DNA from: Phycisphaerales bacterium
Lineage (GTDB): Bacteria; Planctomycetota; Phycisphaerae; Phycisphaerales; UBA1924
DNA: 64,000 bases
Direction of reading: 5' to 3'
NCBI GenBank assembly: GCA_029260515.1
Contig: JAJDDC010000048.1
Location: 31,671-95,670 of the forward strand
Shown here piece by piece: positions 48,414 to 56,030 of the stretch. Numbering within the stretch: the stretch's first letter is position 1; each line of letters opens with the position of its first letter. The translations under genes were made by a program, and so were the position numbers. The notes beneath the pieces are model-generated. The model was not told where the DNA came from. It did no database searches and saw nothing but the letters and a program-made list of their open reading frames with translations.

Positions 48414-49739
48414 ATGACCGCACGCCGCCTCACCGCCGCCGCCATCGCCCTCGCCGCCCCGGCAGCACTCGCCGGCCCCGACCTCATCACCGGCGAGATC
48501 TCGACCTCTGTCCACTACGGCCAGATCGACGCCGTCCACGCCTACGCGTTCGCAACCACCGCCTGCAACCTCGGCGACGCCGACATCAACTGGTTCATCG
48601 ATTCCCCCGCCCACCCCGTGACGATCGAGAACCTCTACCGCGTCCACGACGGCCACCTCGAACAGGTCGGCCTCTCGTTCGCCGCCCACACCGTCATCCC
48701 GCTCCAGAACAACCTCTGCTCGACCTGCATCCCCGCCGCCGGCTTCCAAAGCCTCGGCGCCGGCTGCTCCAACACCAACGCCGCCTCGATCATGGGCGCA
48801 CAGGCCTACCTCGGCTCCCGGTCCGAGATCAACGCCTCCACCGGCGCATTCCCGTTCCCCCACGACACCGCCGACGAGCCGCTCGGCGACCTCCTCAACC
48901 GCCGCCTCCAGGTCCCCGAATCGCTCCTGACCCCGGGAGACACGTACTTCATCGAGGTCCAGTACGTCGCCGCCGACGACGCCGACGCCGGCCTCGGCGC
49001 GAACAACGCTTCCTCGCGCACCGCGACCCTGAGCCCCGCGCTCACGTTCGCACCCACGGGCGACACCCACCGCCAGATCCCCGCCATCCTCGCTTGGGCC
49101 GACGCCGACCCCGACGTCGTCGTTGAAACCGTGGACATCCCGGGCGACGGCCGCTTTCACATCGCCGCCAAGGTCGTCAACCTGGGCGACGGCACGTGGC
49201 GCTACCACTACGCCATCCACAACCTCAACTCCCACCGCGCCGCCGCCAGCCTCTCCGTCCCCATCCGCGTCGAAACCGTCTCCGACCCCATCTTCCAAGC
49301 CCCCCTCTACCACTCCGAATCCCCCGTCAACAACGCCCCCTGGGCCTTCTGGATCGGCAACGGCGACGTCGCCTGGTTTACCGACGCCTACACCCCCGAG
49401 AACGAACTCTCCGCCAACGCCGTCCGCTGGGGCGCCATGTACACCTTCTCCATGACCACCCAGTCTGGCCCTATCACCGACGACGTCACCATCGGCCTCT
49501 TCCGCCCCGGCGCCGCCCCGGCTTCCTTCTCCGTCCCCCTCCCCACCCCGGGCCCACGGTTCTGTTCCGGCGCCGACATCGCCGAGCCCTTCGGCCAGCT
49601 CGACTTCTCCGACGTCATCGCCTTCCTCACCGCCTTCGCCCTGGGCCAGCCGATCGCCGACTACGCCGAGCCCTTCGGCCAGTTCGACTTCTCCGACGTC
49701 ATCGTCTTCCTCTCCGAGTTCGCCGAAGGCTGCCCCTAA
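48414..49739 (+). CDS. secreted protein of the same unrecognised family with dockerin-like GCP module (441 aa), paralog B
   Basis: Start is ATG 48414 (MTARRLTAAAIALAAPAALAGP). It is collinear with paralog A. It ends ...EFAEGCP. Confidence 0.75.
   Translation: MTARRLTAAAIALAAPAALAGPDLITGEISTSVHYGQIDAVHAYAFATTACNLGDADINWFIDSPAHPVTIENLYRVHDGHLEQVGLSFAAHTVIPLQNNLCSTCIPAAGFQSLGAGCSNTNAASIMGAQAYLGSRSEINASTGAFPFPHDTADEPLGDLLNRRLQVPESLLTPGDTYFIEVQYVAADDADAGLGANNASSRTATLSPALTFAPTGDTHRQIPAILAWADADPDVVVETVDIPGDGRFHIAAKVVNLGDGTWRYHYAIHNLNSHRAAASLSVPIRVETVSDPIFQAPLYHSESPVNNAPWAFWIGNGDVAWFTDAYTPENELSANAVRWGAMYTFSMTTQSGPITDDVTIGLFRPGAAPASFSVPLPTPGPRFCSGADIAEPFGQLDFSDVIAFLTAFALGQPIADYAEPFGQFDFSDVIVFLSEFAEGCP
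49563..49736 (+). repeat. dockerin-like Cys-bracketed double repeat
   Basis: CSGADIAEPFGQLDFSDVIAFLTAFALGQPIADYAEPFGQFDFSDVIVFLSEFAEGCP. Confidence 0.85.
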
Positions 49740-49894
49740 ACGACCAACCCGCAACAACTTGGGCCCTTCTACCTGGAATGTGAACACCCGCGGTGTCAGC
49801 GACGACGCACAACGGGCGGCCCACGCACACGCAACAGCCTGAAACGCGGCCCCGCGCTTCCCGTACCAATGGAAGCCACACAGGAGACCCACCC

Positions 49895-50305
49895 ATGCTG
49901 CGCTCGCTCGCCATCGCCGCCCTGCTGACATCCGTCGCCTTGCTCTCGGGCTGCATCGTCTCTGTCAAGAGCAACGACACCCACGCCTACACCGCCAACT
50001 CGCACCGCACGGTCTCCGCCCCGGTGTTCGCCGATCTCGTCGAGCAGAACAAGCACGTCCACCTGGGCATGAGCCGCGAGAGCGTCCTCGCCCACTACCC
50101 CGCCGATCTGCTCACCAAGTTCGACGCCTCCCAGCACGAAGGACGCCAGCTCGAGACCTGGCAGGTCTTCGCCTACTCCTCTTCCAAGAACGCCAAGTTC
50201 GAACGCTGGCTCTACTTCATCGACGGCTCACTCGTCGAGATGGCCCGCTCCGAGATCGACTACGCCGACGACCCCGCGACCCTCGACCGCTGGCTCAAAA
50301 ACTAA
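49895..50305 (+). CDS. small lipoprotein (136 aa)
   Basis: AGGAG lies 8 nt upstream of ATG 49895. MLRSLAIAALLTSVALLSGC contains a lipobox (LSGC). Confidence 0.7.
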   Translation: MLRSLAIAALLTSVALLSGCIVSVKSNDTHAYTANSHRTVSAPVFADLVEQNKHVHLGMSRESVLAHYPADLLTKFDASQHEGRQLETWQVFAYSSSKNAKFERWLYFIDGSLVEMARSEIDYADDPATLDRWLKN

Positions 50306-50439
50306 CCAGACGCGCTCTCAGCCCGCAACCCCCGCACGCCCACGATGAGTCTTCGAATCATGGGGTCCACCCCCCATGCGCGAGCCCGCCCTTCCCGGGG
50401 CGGGTTGCGTCGCGCGCCCCCGCCTCGGTACGCTCGTTC

Positions 50440-50964
50440 ATGCACATCCGCCCAGTTGCCCCGCGCGACTACCCCGCGATCACCGACATCCTCAACCACG
50501 AGATCGCCAACGGCGTCGCCCACTTCGCCACCGAGCCCCTGACCCCCGACCAGACCCGCGAGCACTTCTCTTCCGTGCAGGCGCGCTACCCCGCCTACGC
50601 CGCCGAGCTGCAAGGCAACACCATCGGGTTCTGCAAGTCCGCCCCCTGGAAGCCGCGGGGCGCCTACGCCTGGGCCGTCGAGATCAGCGTCTATGTCCAC
50701 CCCGACCACCACGCCAAGGGCGTCGGCCGCGCCCTCTACGACGCGCTCGTCCCCGACCTCCGCGCCTGCGGCTTCCGCACCATGATCGCCGGCGCCACCA
50801 TGCCCAACCCCGCTTCCGAACGCCTCCACCGCGCCATCGGCATGACCGAGTCCGCCCGGTTCCCCGCCAGCGGCTTCAAGCACGGCCGCTGGCACACCGT
50901 CGTCTACTGGACCATGGACCTCAACCCCGTCCCCGACGACCAACCCCTCCCCGCGCCCCGCTGA
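50440..50964 (+). CDS. GNAT family N-acetyltransferase (phosphinothricin-acetyltransferase-like)
   Basis: IRPVAPRDYPAITDILNHEI...VEISVYVHPDHHAKGVGRALYDAL shows the acetyl-CoA-binding beta4-alpha3 pattern and PAT-like architecture. Confidence 0.8.
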   Translation: MHIRPVAPRDYPAITDILNHEIANGVAHFATEPLTPDQTREHFSSVQARYPAYAAELQGNTIGFCKSAPWKPRGAYAWAVEISVYVHPDHHAKGVGRALYDALVPDLRACGFRTMIAGATMPNPASERLHRAIGMTESARFPASGFKHGRWHTVVYWTMDLNPVPDDQPLPAPR

Positions 50965-50970
50965 GATCGT

Positions 50971-52788
50971 TCAGCCCCACCACCGCTTCCCCCAGACCGC
51001 GATGTTGATCATGGGCCACGCCAGGTGCCACGCCTCGCCCGCCCGCTCGCGCACGATCGCCATCGCATCGGGCGCGAAGATCTCCCGAGCCAGCGACGAC
51101 CCCGCGAACTCGCCAACGCAATCCCCCACCCACCCCTGGAAAGGCAGCGGGAAGCTCGCCTTCGGACGCGCGACAACCGACGCGGGCAGGTCCCCCTCGA
51201 ACGCCTCGCGCAGCGCGATCTTCGTCCCGCCGCCCGACGCCGCGTCACCGAGGCGGAACTTGTCCTCCATCGCCAACCCCTCCGCCACCGCGCACACCCG
51301 CGCATCCGCGAAAGGCGTACGCCCCTCCACCGATTCGAGCATCGTCGCCGAGTCGAGCCGACGTAACAGATTGCTCAGGTTCACCCGTCTGTGAAACCGC
51401 AGGTGCGCCTGCACCCGCGCATCCACCGCGCTCTCCCCGCCGATGCCCCGCCCGACCTCATCCACGCACCGAGCAAACTCGTGGCTGAACGACTCGCGCA
51501 GCCACGCGTCCCCCTCGACCGCCCGCGCCGCCCGCTCGCACAGCACCCCCGCCTTGGACCCCGCCGGGATCCACGCCGCCGATTCCAGCTGGAACTCCCC
51601 CCCGTCCGAGGGCAGCCGCGCCGACCCCGCCGCATGCTCCGCCGCCAACGCCATCGGCAGCTCGTACCCCCCGAACAACTCGTCCGCCCCCTCCCCACTC
51701 AGCGTCACCACATCACCACGCGCCCGGATCGCACGCGCAACCTCGTTGATCGCCACCTCGTTCGGCGTGGACAACGGCACACCCTGCCGACCCACCATCT
51801 CCACCCACCGCTCGCAGAACATCTCGCGCGTGACGACCGCCTCCGTGTGCTCGCTGCCAAGAGCCCCCGCGACCTCGCGTGCGAACTCGAAATCCGCCGA
51901 GTCCTCTCCCGCGTCCGCCGCACCGGCGCAGTAGGTTCGAAGGCTCTCCACCTCCCCCCGCGCGACTGCACACACGACCGAGCTGTCCAGACCGCCCGAG
52001 AGCAGGCAGCACGTCGGCACGTCAGACCGCAGGTGCCGCCGGACCGAGTCCTCGACGGCTTCCCGCACGGGCACGCCCGTCTCGCCGCCGACCTGCACCT
52101 CCGACGACCGCTCGCGAAGGGACTCGGACGCCAGATCGACCGTGATCCACTCGCCCGCCCGGACCGCGCGCACGCCCTCGAACAGCGTCCGCTCCCCCAC
52201 CACCGGGCGGATCGTCGTCAGGTACGCGCTGATCCCGATCAGGTCCGGGCGCACCGGCACACGCGGGTGCCCCAGGATCGGCGGGATCTCCGACGCCGCG
52301 ACCAGTTCGGCGTGCCCGCCCGCGTCGCCCTTCCACACATACAACGGCTTGACGCCCAGCGGGTCCCGCCCGAGCAGCAGCGTCTTGTCCCGCCGATCGT
52401 GCAGCGCGAACGCGTACATGCCGCGAAGGCGGGAGGCCGCGCCGAGCCCCCAGTGCGCCAGGGCGTGCAGCACGGTCTCGGTGTCGCAGGTCGAGCGGAA
52501 GCGGACGCCGAGGGACTCGAGCTGTGCGCGCAGCTCGGCGTCGTTGTACAACTCGCCGTTGTAGATCAGGCTGAACCTGCCGTCGGGGGTTTGCATCGGC
52601 TGGCGGCCGGCGGGGGTGGGGTCGAGGACGGCCAGGCGGCGGTGGGCGAGGATGACCGACGCTGTGCGCTCGAGGGTGGCGTCGTCGGGGCCCCGGTGGG
52701 CCATGCGGTCGCGCATGTGCGCGGCCTGGGCGTCGGTGACGGAGGGCGAGAAGCCTTCGGGGGTTGCGATGGCGAGTATGCCGCACAT
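50971..52788 (-). CDS. asnB: asparagine synthase (glutamine-hydrolysing)
   Basis: N-terminal MCGI (Ntn Cys2), HRGPD, LIYNGELYN, and PP-loop LLSGGLDSS. Confidence 0.92.
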   Translation of the reverse strand: MCGILAIATPEGFSPSVTDAQAAHMRDRMAHRGPDDATLERTASVILAHRRLAVLDPTPAGRQPMQTPDGRFSLIYNGELYNDAELRAQLESLGVRFRSTCDTETVLHALAHWGLGAASRLRGMYAFALHDRRDKTLLLGRDPLGVKPLYVWKGDAGGHAELVAASEIPPILGHPRVPVRPDLIGISAYLTTIRPVVGERTLFEGVRAVRAGEWITVDLASESLRERSSEVQVGGETGVPVREAVEDSVRRHLRSDVPTCCLLSGGLDSSVVCAVARGEVESLRTYCAGAADAGEDSADFEFAREVAGALGSEHTEAVVTREMFCERWVEMVGRQGVPLSTPNEVAINEVARAIRARGDVVTLSGEGADELFGGYELPMALAAEHAAGSARLPSDGGEFQLESAAWIPAGSKAGVLCERAARAVEGDAWLRESFSHEFARCVDEVGRGIGGESAVDARVQAHLRFHRRVNLSNLLRRLDSATMLESVEGRTPFADARVCAVAEGLAMEDKFRLGDAASGGGTKIALREAFEGDLPASVVARPKASFPLPFQGWVGDCVGEFAGSSLAREIFAPDAMAIVRERAGEAWHLAWPMINIAVWGKRWWG

Positions 52789-52865
52789 GGGGGGTGTATC
52801 GGCGGGGCGGGGGAGTCAGGAGGAAGAAGGAGAACAGGGAGATGGCAGGCGGGACGCCTGCCCCA

Positions 52866-53708
52866 CTAGGTTGGGGAGGTGTCGGAGATGTCGGCGCCGT
52901 TGATGGTGAGGCGGGCGGGGTGGGAGAACCAGGGGTGGTCGGCGCGGGGCTTGTACTTGTCGGCGAGGATGGCGACGACCTGGTTCATGTCACCGTCGGC
53001 GGGGGCCCAGCCGTTGTCGATGTCGGGGAAGTCGATCTTGCAGTTGTCGCACTTCTTGGACGAGTCGAAACGGATGGGGCACCAGAAGGACTCGACGTTG
53101 CGGAGCATCTCTGTACCGAGTGACCAGACGCCGGTCATCCAGTCGCAGTAGAGGCACCAGATGAGGTCGTGGCCGACGAGGCCGTCGAACTTGTGGCGCG
53201 AGACGTTGACCCAGTCGGCGGTCCGGTACTTGGGCAGGCGGACGAGCCAGGTGAGGGGCGGGTAGACGAGGATCTCGGCGACGCGGACGAGGGCGAAGAG
53301 GGGGACGGCCCAGGCGGTCCACCAGACGGCGGCGTGGTTGCGCGTGCGGCCGACGGTCTTGTTGAGCTGGTGGACGATGCGTGGGCCGCGGGCGGCCTTG
53401 ATGTTCGCGAGTTCGTGCGCCCAGCCCCAGAGGAGGACGGCGAGGATCTGGGCGGCGACGGCGGCGGCGAGGCCGAGGAGGGCGGCGAGCCAGGCGTTGG
53501 CGTCGGCGCGGTTGTTGACGGCGACGACGATGCCGACGACCTGGGGGGCGACGGTGAAGTAGAGGACGAGCATGTCGAGGCCTGGGGCGCGGGCGAGCCA
53601 GGTGGTGATGGCGCGGAGGCCGAGCTTCGGGAGGAGGTGGAGTGTGGCTGCGCCGAGGAGGAGGGCGGCGGTGGTGATGCCGGCGGTGATGGCGAGGGTG
53701 GTGAGCAT
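52866..53708 (-). CDS. polytopic membrane protein with conserved Cys-rich C-terminal domain, unknown function (280 aa)
   Basis: About 5 TM helices, then HDLIWCLYCDWMTGVWSLGTEMLRNVESFWCPIRFDSSKKCDNCKIDF (CxxC ... C ... CxxC, a possible metal site). Confidence 0.65.
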   Translation of the reverse strand: MLTTLAITAGITTAALLLGAATLHLLPKLGLRAITTWLARAPGLDMLVLYFTVAPQVVGIVVAVNNRADANAWLAALLGLAAAVAAQILAVLLWGWAHELANIKAARGPRIVHQLNKTVGRTRNHAAVWWTAWAVPLFALVRVAEILVYPPLTWLVRLPKYRTADWVNVSRHKFDGLVGHDLIWCLYCDWMTGVWSLGTEMLRNVESFWCPIRFDSSKKCDNCKIDFPDIDNGWAPADGDMNQVVAILADKYKPRADHPWFSHPARLTINGADISDTSPT

Positions 53709-53750
53709 TGCGATAGAGTACCGCGCGGCAGAGAGCCAGATTCATCCGGG

Positions 53751-54599
53751 CTACACAGTGGGAACCGCACTCAGCAGCTCCCGCGTGTACGCGTGCTGCG
53801 GGTCCTCGATGATTTGCTCTCTCGGCCCCTGCTCGACGAGCTTGCCCCGGAGCATGACGGCAATGCGCTGGCAGGTGTGGGAGACGACGGCCATGTCGTG
53901 GGAGATGAAGAGGTAGGTCAGGCCCAGGTCGCGTTGGAGGTCGGTGAGGAGGTTGATGATCTGGGACTGGATGGAGACGTCCAGGGCGCTGGTGGGCTCG
54001 TCGCAGACGATGAACTTGGGGTCGAGGGCGAGGGCGCGGGCGATGCCGATGCGTTGGCGCTGGCCGCCTGAGAACTGGTGGGGGTAGCGGTCGGCGGCGG
54101 AGGCGGGCATGCCGCAGCGTTCGAGAAGCTGCACGGCGCGGGTGCGGAGCTCGTCGGGCTTGGTGGCGAGCTTGTGGACGAGCAGCGGCTCGGCGACGAT
54201 CTTCCAGACACGCATGCGCGGGTTGAGGGAGCCGGCGGGGTCCTGGAAGATGATCTGCATTTCGCGGCGGAGTTTTTGTAGCTGGTCACCGCGCGCAGTC
54301 AGGACATTGGCGGAGTCGAAGGTGACGCGGCCGGTGACGCTCGCGGAGGTGAGCGGGATGAGTCGGAGGATGGCGCGGCCGACGGTGGTTTTGCCGGAGC
54401 CGGATTCGCCGACGAGGCCGAGGGTCTGGCCCTGGTGGATGGCGAGGGAGACGCCGTCGACGGCGCGGACGGGGTCGGGGGTCTTGGAGAAGAGGGCGGA
54501 GCGGGGGTGGAAGTGGACGGCCAGGTCGCGGACGTCGAGGAGGGGGGTGGGCGGGGCGGCGGTGTCGGTCTGGTTGGCGGGATTGGTCTGGGTGGTCAC
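53751..54599 (-). CDS. ABC transporter ATP-binding protein, oligopeptide/dipeptide (OppF/DppF) type
   Basis: Walker A GESGSGKTT, IFQDPAGSLNPR, signature FSGGQRQRIGIARAL, Walker B FIVCDEPTSALD. The start is uncertain: GTG 54599 was chosen because the ORF-track Met at 54725 lies inside the REP-like repeats. Confidence 0.85.
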   Translation of the reverse strand: MTTQTNPANQTDTAAPPTPLLDVRDLAVHFHPRSALFSKTPDPVRAVDGVSLAIHQGQTLGLVGESGSGKTTVGRAILRLIPLTSASVTGRVTFDSANVLTARGDQLQKLRREMQIIFQDPAGSLNPRMRVWKIVAEPLLVHKLATKPDELRTRAVQLLERCGMPASAADRYPHQFSGGQRQRIGIARALALDPKFIVCDEPTSALDVSIQSQIINLLTDLQRDLGLTYLFISHDMAVVSHTCQRIAVMLRGKLVEQGPREQIIEDPQHAYTRELLSAVPTV

Positions 54600-54651
54600 G
54601 GCGCGATGGTAACTGACGTTGGCGTGTAGGAGGAGGCGGAGATAACGGAGC

Positions 54652-54687
54652 CCCCTCACCCCGGCCCTCTCCCCCGAGGGGAGAGGG
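54652..54687. repeat. REP-like GC palindromic element (copy 2, inverted relative to copy 1)
   Basis: CCCCTCACCCCGG followed by CCCTCTCCCC-cga-GGGGAGAGGG (stem 54665-54674 / 54678-54687). Confidence 0.75.
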
Positions 54688-54717
54688 AGGAAGGCAGAGA
54701 AGAAGTAGAAGACGGAG

Positions 54718-54752
54718 CCCCTCACCCGGGCCCTCTCCCCGGGGGAAGAGGG
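54718..54752. repeat. REP-like GC palindromic element (copy 3, tandem to copy 2, imperfect stem)
   Basis: CCCCTCACCCGGG followed by CCCTCTCCCC-ggg-GGAAGAGGG. Both this copy and copy 2 are preceded by ACGGAGCC, giving a ~66-bp tandem unit. Confidence 0.7.
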
Positions 54753-54760
54753 AGGGGGAG

Positions 54761-55921
54761 TCAGTCAACAGAAACGGGGGTCCAGGCGGCGTTGTTTTTG
54801 GAGCTGGTGAGTGCGGCTTCGATGAATGCCATGCCGCGGAGGGCGGCGGTGATGCCGGGGTAGTCGGGTGCGTCGGCGGGTGGGGCGCTGTTGTCGTTGC
54901 GGGCGCGGACTGCGGCGGCGAAGGCGGCGTAGATGTTTGCGAAAGCCTCGAGGTAGCCCTCGGGGTGGCCCGGGGGGATGCGGGTGGCGGCGCGGGAGGC
55001 GTCGGAGGTGTGGGCGGTGGCGGCGCGGAGGATCTGGGTCGGGGCGTCGAGGTGGTGGACGAGGAGGGTGTTGGCGTCGGGCTGGCGCCACTCGAGGGCG
55101 CCCTTCTCGGCGTAGACGCGGAGGGAGAGGTCGTTCTCGGCGCCGACGGCGATCTGGGAGGCGTGCAGGACGCCCTTGGCGTTGTTGTTGAAGCGGAGGA
55201 GGATGTTGGCGTCGTCGTCGAGTGGGCGACCATCGACGAAGGTGGTGAGGTCGGCGGCGAGGTGTTGGACATCGAGGCCTGTGACGTACTCGGCGAGGTT
55301 GTGGGCGTGGGTGGCGATGTCGCCGAGGCAGCCGCCGGCGCCGGCGCGCTCGGGGTCGGTGCGCCAGGCGGCTTGCTTGTGGTCGGTCTGTTCGAGGGGG
55401 GTGGCGAGCCAGCCCTGGGCGTACTCGGCGACGACCTTGCGGACGGCGCCGAGCGAGCCCGAGGCGATGAGGTCTCGGGCGTGCCTGATCATGGGGTAGC
55501 CGGTGTAGTTGTGGGTGAGGGCGTAGAGGAGGCCGGTCTGCTCGACGAGTTTGGCGATGTCGCGGCACTCGTCGAGTGTGCGTGTGGCGGGCTTGTCGGA
55601 GAGGACGTGGAAGCCGTGCTCAAGGGCGGCGAGGGCGACGGGGTGGTGCATGTGGTTGGGTGTGACGATGGCGACGAACTCCATGCGTTCGGCGGCGGGG
55701 AGGGCGGCCTCGCGCTGGAGCATGTCTTTGTACGACGTGTAGGTGCGATCGTCGGGGAGGTTGATGTCGGCGGCGGACGCCTTGGCGCGGTCGGGGTCGG
55801 CGCTGAGGGCGGCGCAGACGAGTTGGACGTGGTCGTCGAGGCGTGCGGCGGTGCGGTGGACGGCGCCGATGAAGGCGCCGCGGCCGCCGCCGACCATTCC
55901 CATGCGGACTCTGCGTGCCAT
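54761..55921 (-). CDS. Gfo/Idh/MocA family oxidoreductase
   Basis: N-terminal Rossmann RMGMVGGGRGAFIGAVH, IVTPNHMH, VLSDKP. Length and C-terminal alpha/beta domain are typical of the family. Confidence 0.88.
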   Translation of the reverse strand: MARRVRMGMVGGGRGAFIGAVHRTAARLDDHVQLVCAALSADPDRAKASAADINLPDDRTYTSYKDMLQREAALPAAERMEFVAIVTPNHMHHPVALAALEHGFHVLSDKPATRTLDECRDIAKLVEQTGLLYALTHNYTGYPMIRHARDLIASGSLGAVRKVVAEYAQGWLATPLEQTDHKQAAWRTDPERAGAGGCLGDIATHAHNLAEYVTGLDVQHLAADLTTFVDGRPLDDDANILLRFNNNAKGVLHASQIAVGAENDLSLRVYAEKGALEWRQPDANTLLVHHLDAPTQILRAATAHTSDASRAATRIPPGHPEGYLEAFANIYAAFAAAVRARNDNSAPPADAPDYPGITAALRGMAFIEAALTSSKNNAAWTPVSVD

Positions 55922-56030
55922 CGGGATTCTCCGGGTCCTTGGGGGGATCGCGGGCGCGGGTGATCGGTGTGGGGTGTGCGCGCCGCGGCCGGTAGACTAA
56001 CCCGTGGGCCTGCGGAGTGTGCGTCGAGCC

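Noticed and set aside
48386-48416. Hairpin CCCCTGC-N8-GCAGGGG immediately upstream of the ATG of paralog B, as a possible RBS-sequestering element.
   Set aside because: It is a short 7-bp stem in GC-rich DNA, with no counterpart upstream of paralog A and no evidence of an alternative structure.
36256-49739. Genomic island integrated at tRNA-Phe (39003-39075).
   Set aside because: There is no integrase, transposase or plasmid/phage gene. I could not find a direct repeat of the tRNA 3' end flanking the region. GC content and codon style look like the rest of the window.
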